NCBI GenBank assembly: GCA_051294375.1
Contig: CM119269.1
Span: 1,816,414-1,880,413, forward strand
Source: Paraspadella gotoi
Taxonomy: Eukaryota; Animalia; Chaetognatha
Length of the DNA: 64,000 bases
Direction of reading: 5' to 3'
Shown here: piece by piece, positions 61,874-64,000 of the stretch
Layout of the letters: every line of letters begins with the position of its first letter
How positions within the stretch are numbered: position 1 is the first letter of the stretch
The notes under the pieces: model-generated
Database searches by the model: none
Told to the model about the DNA's origin: nothing
What the model saw: only the letters and a program-made list of their open reading frames with translations
Position numbers and translations under genes: made by a program

Positions 61874-62102
61874 ATCCGCGCGCCCTCTTCTCCTCGCCGT
61901 CCACACACGCTGCGGAACGGCCTTTCGCGGCGCCGCCTGCCACGCCCCCTGCCGCCGCGCCCTCAACGCCCTAGATCGACTTCCGGTTCCGTGGCCGCGT
62001 CGTCCCGGCAGCTGCGTTTGCGGCGACGAAGGGTCGGCGGCGGCGAGGGAGGCGTGCCGGAGAATCGCCGGAAATTTGCGGATGAGTTGTTTCGGAGCGG
62101 AG
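61874..62102 (+). CDS. GAS1: GAS1-like gene exon: domain 2 (CGTAFRGAACHAPCRRALNAL...CVCGDEG...CRRIAGNLRMSCFG)
   Basis: CCTCAG| acceptor (phase 2) and GAG|GTGAGA donor (or read-through to the stop at 62115-62117). CGxxFxGxxC-x3-CR...CVC...C...N...CFG matches GAS1 domain 2. Confidence 0.85.
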
Positions 62103-62115
62103 GTGAGAGAGAGAT

Positions 62116-62166
<51 letters not shown>

Positions 62167-62879
62167 ATCAAGAAAGTTTTTGTTTGTGCCTCTGTATGAC
62201 TGAGTGTCTTATTGCATTGTTGACTGTCTCATAAGTATTTTCTCTTAACTTTAGGATAAAAAAGGTGTAATTTCTAACAAAATATATAATATATAATGGA
62301 TACAGTCGTGGAACTACATAAAGGTGTATTAGTATAAATCGTAAAAAAAATTGTCAGAAAAAATATCATGATTTTTTTACACGTAGTTTTTTTTAGTAAC
62401 TCGTGGGATAAGATAATTTTTCGAAAATAATGGATGCCATAAACGAGAATTCGAAAATCCATTATCGGGATAATGATCGACATTATCATTAGTCAGGGGA
62501 AAAAAATCAGTTCTGAGCGTCAACAGCATTATGGTTTTATGCGCTCATCTTCCGGGAAATAAAACTCGGTTTTATTATCGCAAAGTTCGTTGGGGAAAAA
62601 ATTTCTCATTTGTGCAAAAGAAAGAAAAACTCACGTTGAAAGGCTTCTGGAGTTTTTCGCGTTGTGTATTGTTCCCGTAGAAAACGGTTAGATTTACTTA
62701 CTAAAATTTCAAAAACTATTCCAAACACTTTTTAAATTAAAATAAGAGAAAAAACTCTTGAAAGTTAGTTATTAAACTATTAAACTAATCAGTGAAACCG
62801 ATATATTTTTTAATCATTTATTTCAACGCAAAAAATATAAAAAAGATGAAAAAATCGCTGTCGATGTCGCGTCACAACG

Positions 62880-63427
62880 TCATAACGCCATCAAGAGTTT
62901 CCTGATGGCGTCATTGGCCCCGATTTTGTCCAGTTTCCACGTCAAGGCGTGAAAATCCGCGCTCTCGACTTCGCCTCTGAGTTCGGCGCGACGACGCCGC
63001 TCCATGGCCGCCGCAGCCGCCGCAGCAGCGGCCGCCGATTTTTCGGCGTCGGCGGTAGCGAGGCGGCCGCCGATGTCGACGCCCACCGCGCCGATCCCGA
63101 ATCCGGCGTCGCGCCGACTCTTGCTCATGATGCTTTGGAGTCCTTTTCTCGATCGGGTTCCGAGAGCGGGATCCGAAGGAACGCCGGTTCTCGCGAGGGC
63201 GGCGCCATCATCGACGCCGCTTTTTATGGTCACCGTGCGTCTGAGAGTCTTGACGCCGGCGTCGTCGTCGCTCTTCTGGGCGTTGCTCTTTCGGAGAGTC
63301 ATGGCGCGAGGAAGCTTGGCGCCGACGACGCCCGCCGAGACCGCGCCGGTTTGACCGGAAACGGACGGCGTCGTCGTCGTCGGCTTCAGTCTTCGCTGGA
63401 CGATACGCTCCAAGAGCGCCGAGATTC
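62880..63427 (-). CDS. Probable terminal coding exon of an unidentified gene converging on the GAS1-like gene
   Basis: GC-rich open frame of about 180 codons after acceptor TTCTGGTTCAG|, ending ESADFHALTWKLDKIGANDAIRKLLMAL*. Confidence 0.6.
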
Positions 63428-64000
63428 CTGAACCAGAATTCATATTCGTTTCCATTTACTTATTTTTTTTTCTCCACGAGGATCAAAGATCTTTTTCCCT
63501 TCCACAGTGATGTTTTCCTTTCTCTTTGCCTACAACAACCATTACAATCTCTCCCCCCCCCCTGGCCGTAAAAATATAAGCGTTCGGAACACTTAGGAAA
63601 TTTTACCGTGTTACAAAAAAAGTGAAATATTTTTTTTACTTGGAAACGAAATCCTTTTAGCACTTTTACCGCTTCGTCATTTCAAGCGTAACTTTAAAAA
63701 TATTTTTATTCAATTTAAAAAAAGTTATATTTTATAAAATGAATTTTGTATTTTAGTAAAGCGCACTTTTTCTACTCGACCTAATAAAGAGGGAGTCTAT
63801 TTTTAGATCATCGATAGAATCGATTCTCAATCGAATTCTACGCCAGGGGCGCTCGATTCGAGAACCAATTCGAAAACTCATCACGACCGCATTAGCGCCA
63901 CCACCGCAACCGCAATCCACTCTAACGAAATAAACTGTTTCTTCTTCTAAATCAAGATAAAAAAAATAAAAAACACTTTTTTCGGCTTTTTTATAAACTC

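Noticed and set aside
62949-63431. Plus-strand ORFs of 160 and 116 aa
   Set aside because: Antisense shadows of the GC-rich minus-strand exon, which has the better splice acceptor and more protein-like C-terminus.

Overview
This is AT-rich, microsatellite-dense eukaryotic DNA (probably an invertebrate metazoan) from a draft assembly with many N gaps and error-prone patches. It is not prokaryotic, and most ORFs in the supplied track are low-complexity noise. Reading splice sites and exon phases by eye gives these genes. (1) An intronless 768-aa XK-related (XKR-like) multipass membrane protein (-). (2) A multi-exon Frizzled-CRD gene (+, about 19.6-29.1 kb, sFRP/FRZB-like) with a long Ser/Thr/Pro-rich exon ahead of the CRD. 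(3) A GAS1-like gene with two GFRalpha/GAS1 domains (+; exons 33127-33332, 59410-59605, 61484-61562, 61874-62102). Its 26-kb intron holds (4) two tandem, antisense, very compact DEG/ENaC channel genes, a roughly 24-unit hairpin/(CT)n array whose units carry AG|GTGAG, and a Penelope-like insertion with a minimal hammerhead ribozyme. (5) The last exon of an unidentified minus-strand gene. Mobile DNA includes a Chapaev-like foldback element with a 4-bp TSD, a TA-flanked Tc1/mariner-type non-autonomous element, tRNA-derived SINE heads and HINE/Helentron-like repeats. Several near-identical duplications beside gaps look like assembly artefacts. All family calls come from motif recognition by eye; no database search was run.
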